From: a virus
Strand: one strand, 5' to 3'
DNA length: 64,000 nt
Virus genome (UHGV): UHGV-1370141
The notes beneath the pieces were generated by a model. That model saw nothing but the letters and a program-made list of their open reading frames with translations, was not told the origin of the DNA and searched no databases. Made by a program: the position numbers and the translations under genes. Numbering within the stretch: position 1 is the stretch's first letter; each line of letters starts with the position of its first letter. This document shows, piece by piece, positions 30,501 through 39,474 of the stretch.

Positions 30501-33500
30501 GCAGGTACAGCGGTAAACAAAGCTGTTAACTTACCGAAGAAACTGATTGGTCTAATCTCACCAAGAGCAGCGTCTATCTTCGAGAAAGCACGTGAGTGGC
30601 TTAACGAGATTCCCGAGGGTAGTGAGAAAACGCGTTTACAAAGCATGATTTCTCGCGTAACCGGAATGCCTGCTCGTTTGTGGAACAATGCAAAACGCGG
30701 CTTTGAGAAATTCAAAGAGTTAGCGACTGACAACCCACTTACCCGGTGGTGGCAGAATCGTAAGGACGGTGGTTCTGGCGGCGGTTTCAGCATGTTCTCC
30801 TGGTCGAATGGCCGTAAGACCAACCATATCCTGATTCGTATCTATAAACTCCTTAACCGTCGTTTAGACGGTGAGCCTGAAGATGAATCCTGGACGGAGC
30901 AACTGGAGAAAAACGTTGGCTCGAAATCTATCAAAGGGATGCTTAACCGTGTTAAGGATTTCCGCGATGGGTTTAAAGACTATTTCCAGAATTTCCGGGA
31001 TTGGCGAGGCAGACAACGTGACCGGTTCTCGCGTTTCCGTCATGGTGTTGGCGATAGACTGTCACGTTGGGGTGCTGCGGGTAAAGGGTGGTTTGACCGT
31101 TTCCGTGGACGCTTTGGCGAAACGGTAGATAGCTTCCGCGATCCACGCTACGACATTGCCACACGTTATCGGACGGAGTCTCGTTTAGCAGGTCGTGACG
31201 ATGACGTTGCTGAGTTTTACCGTCAACACTTATACGCCCGTGGTAAGGTTTCTCCAACACGCGTGATTAACGCAGCGAAGGAGGATTTCGAAACCGCAAC
31301 GGATAGCGCAGGACGCGTTATCAACAAAGGTAAGCAGAAAGCGAAGAGTGTTGGTTCAGCATTACTGGAACGTTTAAACCGGATGGTTAACCTCCAGGAA
31401 ATGTCCTGGTTTAACACCATGCGTGACTCTGCGGAACGTGCTGGTGCGCCAGATGGCTTGATTCGTACGATGTTCAGTAAATTCGGACAACGTAACAAAC
31501 CGGCAGCCAATGATGAAAAACGCGACTACTTCCAATTCTTCCGTCGTCGTAGACGTTCTAAGGAAGAAGAGAAAGCCAAGAAATCCGCCGAACAGAAAGG
31601 ACGTAAAGGCGGGGTGATGGACTTCCTCAAAGGGCTACCGTTAGTAGGACCAATCGTGAGTATCTTAGGTACGGTGGGTTCCATACTGGGTAAAGTTGCG
31701 AAGTGGGGTATTTTTAAACCTACCGGGTTCCTTGGTAAAGCAGTGTGGAACGTTGGTAAGTTTGCCGTCCAGCGTTTAGCGGTTCCGGCGGTGACTGCGG
31801 TAGCCTCGGCTGCGTCTACGGTGGTAGCAGCGGTGGGATGGCCCGCAATTGTGATCGGTGCGACTGCCGCCGGTCTGGGTTATTGGGCGTATAAATGCGC
31901 TACCCGTGTGAAAGCACAGTACCTCGACTATATGCGTCTGGCACAATACGGTTTCCGTGACTACGACCAGTGGTCTTCTGAAGACGGTATGAAAGCCCGT
32001 TATTTAGAAGACGCTTTGAAACCTTACGTCTCGTATACCGAAGGGGGTGAAGCACAATTACGTGGCTTGTCTTCCGAGGACGTGAAGAAACTCGCAGAAG
32101 GGTTCGGTGTAAACTTAGAAGAACGTGGTGAGATGTTAGCATTTACTGCGTTTATGCTACAACGTTTCGCACCGATTTACCTCCGTTGGATTTCAGCACT
32201 GAAGTCTATGGATAACGATATCGCTTTGGCAGATGTCGGTGATCCGAAGAAAGTGTCGAAAGCGGATATGATTACCCTCTACAACAAAATGAAGATGGGT
32301 AAAGATTCTGTGGAATTCCGTTCGTTGACTGACCCGCGTAAAGTTAACCAGGGTTGGTTCTCTAAAGCGTGGGATTTCGTTACCTTTACACCGGCAGAGT
32401 TCTTGTCAGGGGAAGAGGTTGTCGAAGCACAGGAACGTGTGTGGCGGTCAATCAACATGCGTACCGACGACAAACGGAAACAACGTTCGGGTATGCGTGA
32501 TGCCGTCGAAGGCCACAAAGTTGCGTCCGTTGCTGAAACCAGTCAGGTACTGGCGAATGCGGATGCTGAACGTAACGAGAAAGTTGCGAAGGTTGAAGGT
32601 TGGGAAGACGGAACTGAACAGGTTCAAATCCAAGTTGACTGGCATTCGTTACCGAAGAAAAGCGATTTGGAAGACCTGGAATCGGTCAGGTGGAAAACCT
32701 ACGGTGCGGTTACTATCAACCAAACAACGCGTAATCTTTTCACGCTGTTAGAGAAGAACGTGTTGAAAGACATTGATGTGAAGAACTGTACCTATAAAGG
32801 CAACTGGAAAGAAGCCATTGCGGTTATCTCGCCTGACCTGATAGGTGGTCCTAAAGAGGAGCGTTGTAAGAACTGGTTCTACAACCGTTTCTTACCGGCG
32901 TATATGACCTACGTCGTTGGTCTGAAACGTTACATTCCGCAAGCAGACCCTACCGAATTGAAAGTATCCGGTGGGTTCATGTACGAATTAGCGTTGATGA
33001 TTCGTGGCGCTTACAACATGAAGGGCGGTATTCGTCAGTCCGTGTGGGAGATTCCATTCAACCCGCTGGGTGAGGAAGCAAACACTGACGCAGGTTCTGT
33101 TGCTACTGAACTTGCCAACCTGAAAGAACTGTCAAAAGAACCTGACCTGGCTGTTCGTAACACCCTGCGCTCTACACCCGCAGCAGGAAAACGTGCGAAG
33201 TGGCAGAAAGCCGATCGTGCGACGAGAATGTATCAAACCGACGAAGATACCAAAGATCGTTTCAAAGGTGTCGTTGATTGGGGTACAGCGTCTAACGATG
33301 GGTACTTGCCAAACGGTGGGTCGTCTTACGGTACACCGGGCGATCTGACTCAAGTTGTGGGTGAGATGGGCATCAGCAATTACGCGAAGTTCTCTACGGG
33401 CCAATCCGGGATTAAACTCGGGGACGTCAAAGAAGGTGATTACAAAACCTTGGCTGAGAAGTATCCAATCAGCAAACTGGGTGATGGTAAATCACCTAAC

Positions 33501-34676
33501 GTAGAAGGCGTTAAAGCGATGATTGCGGATGTCGCAAATACCTTAGGTGTTCCGCCTGCGGTCGCGATTGCGATGGCGAAAGCCGAATCTGATTTCAAAT
33601 ACGGTGTCAAGAACCCAGGTGCGTCAGCAGCAGGGTTGTTCCAGTTCATTGACAAAACGTGGTCTGGAATGATGAAAGGGTATTCTCGTCGGTACGGTAT
33701 ACCGCAAGTAAACCAGTATGACCCGTGGGCAAATACCATCCTCGGGGTACAGTTTATTCGTGACAATATCATGCAGGCGCAGAAAGACTTGGGTGGTGTA
33801 GAACCGCCTCCGGCTGTTGCGTATCTGTATCACTTCTTGGGTCCAGGCGGTGGTAAGAAGTTCCTTAATGCGTGGCGTCAGAATCCGAACATGCCAGCCG
33901 ACAAAGCAGAAGGCATTACTCCTCAAATCCTTAGAGGTAATAAGGGGGTCTTCTACGAAATGCGTGGCAAACAGATTGTTCGTATTCGTACTGTTGGCGA
34001 AGTTATTAATGAACTGAACCGCCGTATGGGTGCTGTGGCGACAAACGAAATTGCGGCTAACCCAGCTTCAACGAAAGACATGGTGAAAGGGCTAACGCCT
34101 GCGGTTGCCTCCTCTCCGGCGGTAGCAGCAGGGGCAGCTAACGATCCATCAATTTCTGGAGCGACGGATAACTTGCCTGCGTCCAATGCGGCGCGTCGTG
34201 ACGATGCGTTAGCAGAGAAAGGTGCAATGAGTGCAGACAACGTCAAAGCCGCAACCAGTGGTGGTCCGGCAGTACCGTCACCTGGCGGTAGTAGTGCAGG
34301 CGGCGACGCCTCTATGATTGGGGAGACCGTTGCAGCCGGAGCCAGAAACGAAGGGTTGCCTGAAGAAGATGTCGAGAAGGTGAAAGAAGGTGCTATGCAG
34401 CGCGTAGCAGCGACGAGTAAACCGGCACCTGCGGTTACTTCTGATGCACAAAACGGGCCTACACTCAGTAATGGTGATCCGATTAGTGTTCAGCAGTTGG
34501 CTGTTGCGAAAGAATCGGCGGGCTATCTCAAAGAGATTGTCACGATCCTTAAACAACGCCCGCAGCCGGTTCAAAACACTGTATCGTCTAAACCTACGGC
34601 ACCAGCAGGTTCAGCATCACGACAAATGTCCGTTGAACAGCCAGCACGACAGCTTAACGTTAGACGTGCAGGTTAA
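27543..34676 (+). CDS. giant virion-type protein (2377 aa) with hydrophobic segment and C-terminal lytic transglycosylase (SLT) domain; likely injected cell-wall-degrading protein
   Basis: SLT motifs AESDFKYGV (ES), GLFQF, AYLYHFLGPGG around residues 1950-2050; hydrophobic stretch near residue 1400; Ala/Pro/Ser-rich C-terminal tail. Confidence 0.7.
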   Translation: MAKKGKDDFDEIDLDNMDDWDDFDEPPRQQDQSRNPVMDTFRAARKSALSTIWPENKRDQVILKGMPKPASDAYEGYKNVKAAGQDILAHTKDEIEKTSRVVKAQARQLGPTLKRYLPDSVTRKIDKWAKSDQYDYGNYDPKQALMDRELDTVFAGTPQTPEQQREVQEGMVEDRLRDTIKDMKSDALFQTVIGIAKDVNLTTSLSRGVMLNVQRKQLELQYRTLFALQDIAKLKQDEFSRNTPALEAIVKNTALPDYAKEEFSEVRWANVKRKAAEWMNPLRYADNFIDQIRENAKKKISNIFSDGRGILEQVLSMGQEDDFGMDDSSTLSPERRRTNSRGKVAGFAGGWLAKRFLQPQVERLQNWTRSELEKNPEVMKRLQLARYGFGNLSSISNSAIAGEIDGPLATVFRLMHELGLVTPLRREGLALEERSAEALSAAAKFDRKAYLSITEVIPTLLTEINKSIRRGYGEHHDQVYDLTTRGMIDRKVIGNRVRKAVANDEQRKRLQQYINETVDFIDKDKTLDSKTRQALADYIESRASEGKAFDVGSLLKDPMHMYRYMNANAVEAIQAVLEARSSELTGGHHELSNEIASKISAIQSTIRARQNTVDEASIIYGENALRDAGIFKYDAKNDRFDVDKDINDPYTLYNDLAMGKTRSGRSLTREQEIQRKLKNGSALGDYLRRLGVDASVTGDESTIDTVKGKGGRGGRGLSARQLAAVLYGEKSTNFVELLSERPDTNAGLEQQFDRIVDAIRNKSESNTVQEILKHVKNMDEEGILLASLGGGRDGEGDASEDAGSTGNKRKRKRIVLGESGLFRRWAGVLWDTGTGAGRFAKNMFLRGKGRLQSLGSFIRGKFSGGSSDGPGVFERLKGLVTGTLSTGWNSAVAFGKGVLGVRDIYDEKGNVVLQGSRLEAGEYYQADPKTNKLVQLRSLDDIKLGRDIVDEAGNLILAAADLAAAGKLRFYKGGKLQALFQYISGKAGTAVNKAVNLPKKLIGLISPRAASIFEKAREWLNEIPEGSEKTRLQSMISRVTGMPARLWNNAKRGFEKFKELATDNPLTRWWQNRKDGGSGGGFSMFSWSNGRKTNHILIRIYKLLNRRLDGEPEDESWTEQLEKNVGSKSIKGMLNRVKDFRDGFKDYFQNFRDWRGRQRDRFSRFRHGVGDRLSRWGAAGKGWFDRFRGRFGETVDSFRDPRYDIATRYRTESRLAGRDDDVAEFYRQHLYARGKVSPTRVINAAKEDFETATDSAGRVINKGKQKAKSVGSALLERLNRMVNLQEMSWFNTMRDSAERAGAPDGLIRTMFSKFGQRNKPAANDEKRDYFQFFRRRRRSKEEEKAKKSAEQKGRKGGVMDFLKGLPLVGPIVSILGTVGSILGKVAKWGIFKPTGFLGKAVWNVGKFAVQRLAVPAVTAVASAASTVVAAVGWPAIVIGATAAGLGYWAYKCATRVKAQYLDYMRLAQYGFRDYDQWSSEDGMKARYLEDALKPYVSYTEGGEAQLRGLSSEDVKKLAEGFGVNLEERGEMLAFTAFMLQRFAPIYLRWISALKSMDNDIALADVGDPKKVSKADMITLYNKMKMGKDSVEFRSLTDPRKVNQGWFSKAWDFVTFTPAEFLSGEEVVEAQERVWRSINMRTDDKRKQRSGMRDAVEGHKVASVAETSQVLANADAERNEKVAKVEGWEDGTEQVQIQVDWHSLPKKSDLEDLESVRWKTYGAVTINQTTRNLFTLLEKNVLKDIDVKNCTYKGNWKEAIAVISPDLIGGPKEERCKNWFYNRFLPAYMTYVVGLKRYIPQADPTELKVSGGFMYELALMIRGAYNMKGGIRQSVWEIPFNPLGEEANTDAGSVATELANLKELSKEPDLAVRNTLRSTPAAGKRAKWQKADRATRMYQTDEDTKDRFKGVVDWGTASNDGYLPNGGSSYGTPGDLTQVVGEMGISNYAKFSTGQSGIKLGDVKEGDYKTLAEKYPISKLGDGKSPNVEGVKAMIADVANTLGVPPAVAIAMAKAESDFKYGVKNPGASAAGLFQFIDKTWSGMMKGYSRRYGIPQVNQYDPWANTILGVQFIRDNIMQAQKDLGGVEPPPAVAYLYHFLGPGGGKKFLNAWRQNPNMPADKAEGITPQILRGNKGVFYEMRGKQIVRIRTVGEVINELNRRMGAVATNEIAANPASTKDMVKGLTPAVASSPAVAAGAANDPSISGATDNLPASNAARRDDALAEKGAMSADNVKAATSGGPAVPSPGGSSAGGDASMIGETVAAGARNEGLPEEDVEKVKEGAMQRVAATSKPAPAVTSDAQNGPTLSNGDPISVQQLAVAKESAGYLKEIVTILKQRPQPVQNTVSSKPTAPAGSASRQMSVEQPARQLNVRRAG

Positions 34677-34689
34677 TACATACGGGGGT

Positions 34690-34710
34690 GGGAAACCACC
34701 CCCATCTTAA
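34690..34710 (+). other. GC stem-loop (gggggtgg / ccaccccc, loop gaaa) between the 2377-aa gene and the next gene; no T-run
   Basis: 8-bp perfect stem. Confidence 0.35.
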
Positions 34711-34721
34711 AGAGGTAGAAA

Positions 34722-36923
34722 GTGGACGCTAGAACAGTTAACGACTCAAGCTGGGTCAAAAACCTATTTAATGGCGCAGTCGATGGCCGAGATGAACGTT
34801 TCCTGGCCTTGCGCCGCTATTCCGGTGGTATGATGTCGTTTGAAGACACCACAGTTGGTGGTAGTAAAGCGATTAACACACCGCCCCAGTTTACACTTTT
34901 TGCAGACCCTTCCTCAACAGGCGCGTTTGCACAACCCGACGCGACTAAGAGCGGTACCGAGTCCCTTTATAATTCCTCAGCCGCAGGGTCTTATCGCTTA
35001 GGGACGTATTACTACGAAAGTATCAGCCAGAACTCATTTTACGTTCATTGCCGTTTCGGTAAACCGAAGTATCTGGGTATGGCTTCGTTCTTTGCGAACA
35101 TGTACGACTCTAACCTGGCGTATCTTGCACGTACAGGTGACTATCCAGGAATTATTCGAACAGCGGCATCGTATATCGGTGCGGCTGCTATTTGGGCGAC
35201 GGTGGGTACTGTGGCATTCGCGGTGATTCTGATTACACCGAGGATTCTTTCGGCAGCGCTGAATAAAGAAACGTCAAGATACTATTACGTTAAGCCCACA
35301 ATGCATCTGTACTTACGTGCAGTGCAAAACATCCTGAACACCCAGCTAATTTATCGTCGTTTAGTACCAACGGGTGTGTTAGGGACTTTTGCGTTGGGTT
35401 ACGATACCGAAAGTAAAGAAAATAGTTACCATAAAGATCGTAAAGAGTGGTATGAATCTTTGCCCGAAGTCTGGAAAGCGAACGGTGAGTTTGACATTTA
35501 CCGAATGATTAACCGTTACCAGACCTTGGCGAACTACCAGGCTAAAACTATCGACGCGATTCGTGTAGAATCCGGTGACGATGAAGAATTGTTTGCCAGT
35601 CGCTTACGTGCGTTTTACTATAATGCTACTTACAGCGATAACGTACGTCTAAAAGCAGAACAGTTCGAAGTCTCACTATACAACTTGGAAAAAGTTGCCA
35701 GAAGTGAAAAGGGGGGTTACGCTTCTCCGATACAGGATATTGACAGCCAGGAAGACGAACTCATCGGACAGATGAGTAATAGCCTGGTGGTGGGTGGTAC
35801 CGCTAATGAACTGCAAGAGCAAGCTGCACAAATCCAGTCAGAGCAGGAAAAAACCCGTCAGGCTATGGAGAAACGTGCGGCAGCTGCTAAGCAGTTGAAC
35901 TCTACGTTGGATGAAAAGAACCCGGAGGATCTTACTGAGGGCGATATTGTCGAAGTTCAAGATTGGATGAACAAAGGTAAAGATGAATCCAAAGTAGGAA
36001 CGTTCTTTAAAGAGTTTACCGATATGGTTGCGGATGTTGGCGATAACGTCCTGTCAGAGATTAAGAACGGTTCACAATGGGTTACTTGGCGTATTGACGG
36101 TAAAGACACCGTTTCGCGTTCGTTCTCTAACTCCACGAAAGAACCTGAGATTTCCGGGATGGTAAACTCCGCAACAGCAAAAGCGCGTTCGTTGGAGGTT
36201 AACCTGTCGGGTGGACAAACCGGTTTTAGTGCGGTCGATGCTTTAGTTTCCGGTATTAAGTCAGCGATGCGAGGCGTTGCAGACACCCTACATTTGACAG
36301 GGATAATGTCGTTGTACAACTCCTCGGTGATAGACTTCCCAGAAGTCTGGGATAGTTCTGACGCATCAGGAGACGACATTACTTTAACCATTCCTTTACG
36401 TTGTTGGTCGGGTAACGACCTGGATATTTTCCAGGATTTGTTAGTTCCGCTTTCGTTTTGGATTGCAGCAGTGTGTCCTCTGGCTACAGGTAAACAATCT
36501 TTTACTCACCCGTTCTATTTAGAGTGTTATTCACAAGGACGTTTTTCTTTCCGTAACGCGATGGTGACGTCGATGTCGTTACAGTTCGGTGTGGGTGGTT
36601 TAGGTTGGCGGCCAGGTGATTCCGTCCCACTGTCTTGCGACATCTCTGTTACTATTCGTGATTTGACTCGCGTTATGTACATGCCCATTGTTACTGACAC
36701 AGGTGTGTGGGATGATGATAACAAATTCAGTGAATTTATGGCGTGTTTAGGTGGTGCTACGTTGTACGAACGTACTAACGGTATTGCGCGTGCCAAGATT
36801 AATGCGAGCATCTGGGCACAAAACTGGGCATCTGCATGGTCACAGGGTAGTTTTATTAACTCGGCACTGGATGTTATCCCAGCACGCCAGATCGCGAACA
36901 TCTTCCTGCCGCAAGCACGTTAA
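34722..36923 (+). CDS. hypothetical virion protein (733 aa) with a hydrophobic segment
   Basis: GTG start with AAGAGG SD; hydrophobic IGAAAIWATVGTVAFAVILIT. Confidence 0.55.
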   Translation: MDARTVNDSSWVKNLFNGAVDGRDERFLALRRYSGGMMSFEDTTVGGSKAINTPPQFTLFADPSSTGAFAQPDATKSGTESLYNSSAAGSYRLGTYYYESISQNSFYVHCRFGKPKYLGMASFFANMYDSNLAYLARTGDYPGIIRTAASYIGAAAIWATVGTVAFAVILITPRILSAALNKETSRYYYVKPTMHLYLRAVQNILNTQLIYRRLVPTGVLGTFALGYDTESKENSYHKDRKEWYESLPEVWKANGEFDIYRMINRYQTLANYQAKTIDAIRVESGDDEELFASRLRAFYYNATYSDNVRLKAEQFEVSLYNLEKVARSEKGGYASPIQDIDSQEDELIGQMSNSLVVGGTANELQEQAAQIQSEQEKTRQAMEKRAAAAKQLNSTLDEKNPEDLTEGDIVEVQDWMNKGKDESKVGTFFKEFTDMVADVGDNVLSEIKNGSQWVTWRIDGKDTVSRSFSNSTKEPEISGMVNSATAKARSLEVNLSGGQTGFSAVDALVSGIKSAMRGVADTLHLTGIMSLYNSSVIDFPEVWDSSDASGDDITLTIPLRCWSGNDLDIFQDLLVPLSFWIAAVCPLATGKQSFTHPFYLECYSQGRFSFRNAMVTSMSLQFGVGGLGWRPGDSVPLSCDISVTIRDLTRVMYMPIVTDTGVWDDDNKFSEFMACLGGATLYERTNGIARAKINASIWAQNWASAWSQGSFINSALDVIPARQIANIFLPQAR

Positions 36924-36939
36924 TGTTTGAGAGGAAATA

Positions 36940-37503
36940 ATGGCTAATACGCTATTAGGTAAATCAGGAAAACAACTGGTTTATGAGTTATTAGTAAAAA
37001 AGAATCCAGGTTTGGTAGAGAAAGGTATTACAATCGATAAATTGAATTTCGGCACGCCGTCACATATTCCTGCGGTAGAAACACCAGAAACTCAATTTAC
37101 GCGATTAAATACTCAACTTAGCGTCCAGGGTATCATCGAGCAGAAAACATTTGGTAAAATTGACGTTATTTATCGTCGGTTGGATTTAGAGCACCTGTTA
37201 GGTGACTTTGTAGTTTCTGTTGCGGGTGTTAATGCGGCTACGGTATCTGAGGTACTACAGCTTTTTCGCACTAAGTACAATTTGCAGATTACGGATGACG
37301 AAGTTGAGAACCCAACAGCTGCACCAGACAGCAGAGATAAAACCATCATTATCATGAACGGGAGATCTTTGGCTTGGACAGGTCAGTTGGAAGTGTACTT
37401 AACTGAACTGCCATCTGACGGTAAGGATATTTCGAAGCTGATTAAAGTTACCGAACTTGACGGTTTGACGTATATCTCTTCTGGAATTGTTCCTGGCGCT
37501 TAA
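36940..37503 (+). CDS. hypothetical protein (187 aa)
   Basis: ATG with GAGAGG SD; terminator downstream. Confidence 0.55.
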   Translation: MANTLLGKSGKQLVYELLVKKNPGLVEKGITIDKLNFGTPSHIPAVETPETQFTRLNTQLSVQGIIEQKTFGKIDVIYRRLDLEHLLGDFVVSVAGVNAATVSEVLQLFRTKYNLQITDDEVENPTAAPDSRDKTIIIMNGRSLAWTGQLEVYLTELPSDGKDISKLIKVTELDGLTYISSGIVPGA

Positions 37504-37528
37504 AAAAAGAAAAAAAATAAGAAAGTTA

Positions 37529-37560
37529 ACCTACCTCCTTTCGGAGGTAGGTACTTTTAT
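37529..37560. terminator. bidirectional intrinsic terminator (stem acctacctcc / ggaggtaggt, loop tttcg)
   Basis: Same stem sequence as terminator at 13825..13851; flanking A- and T-runs. Confidence 0.65.
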
Positions 37561-38391
37561 TTATTTCGCCAAATCTGCTTCTTTTACAAAAATACCGTCA
37601 GCGTTCAGATAGCCTTTACGGTCTTTGATTTCGTGCCAGGCTAAAGAGAAGCAATGGCGAATGTCAAGACGATAGTAGAGAGCCAGTTTTGCAAGACGGT
37701 ACAAAGCCCAGTTAAGCTGATCGAAACCAGCATCGGAGCGAATAAATGCGGTAGCGAAGATTTCGGTAGCGTGGAGATACAGATGGTGCGGATACCCGTT
37801 GTCATCAAAATGTTCTTCAACGTCAGCGACATCATCCACCTGTAGCTGTAAACCGTGCTCGATGATCTCGGTGGTTGACATTTCTCCAGACAGTTTGTCT
37901 TTACCCAGTTCCAGGATGTTTACCAGAACCACTAACGCATCACCGATACCATCCATGATCAGTTCAGGTTTGTTTTTACTGATACCTGTTGCGATTTCAC
38001 CAAACTCTTCAAAGAATTTCGTGATTTGGGTTTCCAGTTTACCGTTATCGAGGATGCCGCGTTCTTTAGACCAGCCTTTAACATGTTCTGCACAGTTCGC
38101 AATAGAATAGACCGGAACCGATACGGTGTGCATTACTGTACCGTTATATTCGGCACCTGTAAGTTTAAGCGGCGCTTCAATCGTTTCGATGTCCAGTTCC
38201 TGATTACCGGTGTGGCGTTTACCTTCTACGCGAACACGGTTAGTACCAGGATTTACCCCGATGGTGTAGATAGCATCAAACTGAATCGCTTTCTCGTCCA
38301 TAGCGCGTAGTTGTGTGTTAACTTCGTCCAGGAAGTTACCTGGGTTAAGAACGATGTTGTAGATAGCGTTGATGTTAAAACGTTCGCCCAT
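37561..38391 (-). CDS. MazG-like nucleotide pyrophosphohydrolase domain protein (276 aa)
   Basis: C-terminal half has MazG-like helical pattern (EEFGEIATGISKNKPELIMDGIGDALVVLVNILELGKD) with acidic metal-binding residues. Confidence 0.4.
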   Translation of the reverse strand: MGERFNINAIYNIVLNPGNFLDEVNTQLRAMDEKAIQFDAIYTIGVNPGTNRVRVEGKRHTGNQELDIETIEAPLKLTGAEYNGTVMHTVSVPVYSIANCAEHVKGWSKERGILDNGKLETQITKFFEEFGEIATGISKNKPELIMDGIGDALVVLVNILELGKDKLSGEMSTTEIIEHGLQLQVDDVADVEEHFDDNGYPHHLYLHATEIFATAFIRSDAGFDQLNWALYRLAKLALYYRLDIRHCFSLAWHEIKDRKGYLNADGIFVKEADLAK

Positions 38392-38419
38392 TTTAAAACT
38401 CCATTAGATTAAACAAAAA

Positions 38420-38454
38420 AAGAATAAAGATTAGGGGTGCTACATAAGCACCCC
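38420..38454 (-). terminator. intrinsic terminator (stem ggggtgct / agcacccc, U-run on minus strand)
   Basis: 8-bp stem directly downstream of small ORF 38463..38606. Confidence 0.5.
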
Positions 38455-38462
38455 GTGAACTG

Positions 38463-38606
38463 TTAAATTTTGCAAGCCCCGCCTGAGCAGTTATCGTCTT
38501 CCGTAGTTGGGTCAGCACCCTTCTCTACGGTAGCTTCCGGGTCTAAGCCAGGGATTGCAAATTCGTCAGTTTCTTTAACGGTTTCTACTTTAACTTCTTC
38601 AGTCAT
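38463..38606 (-). CDS. small acidic peptide (47 aa) ending in Cys-containing CSGGACKI; translationally coupled to upstream small ORF
   Basis: Hand translation MTEEVKVETVKETDEFAIPGLDPEATVEKGADPTTEDDNCSGGACKI; ATG overlaps upstream TGA (ATGA); terminator follows. Confidence 0.35.
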   Translation of the reverse strand: MTEEVKVETVKETDEFAIPGLDPEATVEKGADPTTEDDNCSGGACKI

Positions 38607-38827
38607 TTTTTAGTTTCCAAATTTCTTACAAAGGGGTTAATAGTTTTGATTTTAAGGTTAGCGAACGGCGACAGAAGTTTCACCATCGGTGCTAGACCTG
38701 GCGGCGTCTCTTTATATCGCACGATGCGCACTTTCGATTTACCAGGACCCTTACGTACACGGTTGTAGCCAATAAAATATAGAGCACCTGTAAAGAATCT
38801 CAGGCTGTGAAATCGTGGTTTTTTCAT
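38603..38827 (-). CDS. small basic protein (74 aa)
   Basis: In ORF track; start overlaps stop of upstream 49-aa ORF (TGATG); shares RKGP.K motif with it. Confidence 0.4.
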   Translation of the reverse strand: MKKPRFHSLRFFTGALYFIGYNRVRKGPGKSKVRIVRYKETPPGLAPMVKLLSPFANLKIKTINPFVRNLETKK

Positions 38828-38976
38828 CAGACATCCCCAAAAGCCAGAAAGCGTTTACGACCCTTGTGTGGTCCTTTACGCCAGCGACTAGCGATAGTTT
38901 TACGATTTACTTTGCAACGGATTCTCTTATTCAGATTGATATACTTTATAGTAACTTTAATGACATCATTCGTCAT
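38827..38976 (-). CDS. small basic protein (49 aa; MTNDVIKVTIKYINLNKRIRCKVNRKTIASRWRKGPHKGRKRFLAFGDV)
   Basis: Hand translation; below 60-aa track threshold; GAGGG SD upstream; coupled to the 74-aa ORF. Confidence 0.35.
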   Translation of the reverse strand: MTNDVIKVTIKYINLNKRIRCKVNRKTIASRWRKGPHKGRKRFLAFGDV

Positions 38977-38997
38977 AAAGAATTCCCTCATCATTAA

Positions 38998-39444
38998 TTA
39001 ACCCATTAAATGGATTACAACGTCTTTAGTTACTGAGTTTGCAAGTAAGCGGAAGAACTTCATGTAACGGAACATGCTAAAGAAAACCCCAGCGTCATCT
39101 ACAATGACAAGGCTGTATTTTTCCTTTTCTGTACCCATTTGGTAACCGCTGATTTGTGTGATGTTTTCCGGTAAGTCTTCGAGACCCAAACGGAATAGCA
39201 CATCGTCCTCTAAGAACCCTTTTGGGCTAACGAACAACACTTTCCCTTTATGGTTCTTAGCTAACTCGACACCAAAGTCTGTAAGCCCCATCTGCCTACC
39301 TGTACCGTAGCGGATAGTACGAAATTCAGATAAGGCATTGGGACCATAACGATCGGTAAACGGATTATCTTTAGAATCCAGATCGGTTAAACCTTTTGAT
39401 AATTCTTCTACTACGATGTTATAGTTAACATGAGTTTTAGACAT
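38998..39444 (-). CDS. hypothetical protein (148 aa)
   Basis: ORF directly downstream of thymidylate synthase gene. Confidence 0.5.
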   Translation of the reverse strand: MSKTHVNYNIVVEELSKGLTDLDSKDNPFTDRYGPNALSEFRTIRYGTGRQMGLTDFGVELAKNHKGKVLFVSPKGFLEDDVLFRLGLEDLPENITQISGYQMGTEKEKYSLVIVDDAGVFFSMFRYMKFFRLLANSVTKDVVIHLMG

Positions 39445-39474
39445 TTTATCATACCTTTTTAATTAGGTGGTAAT

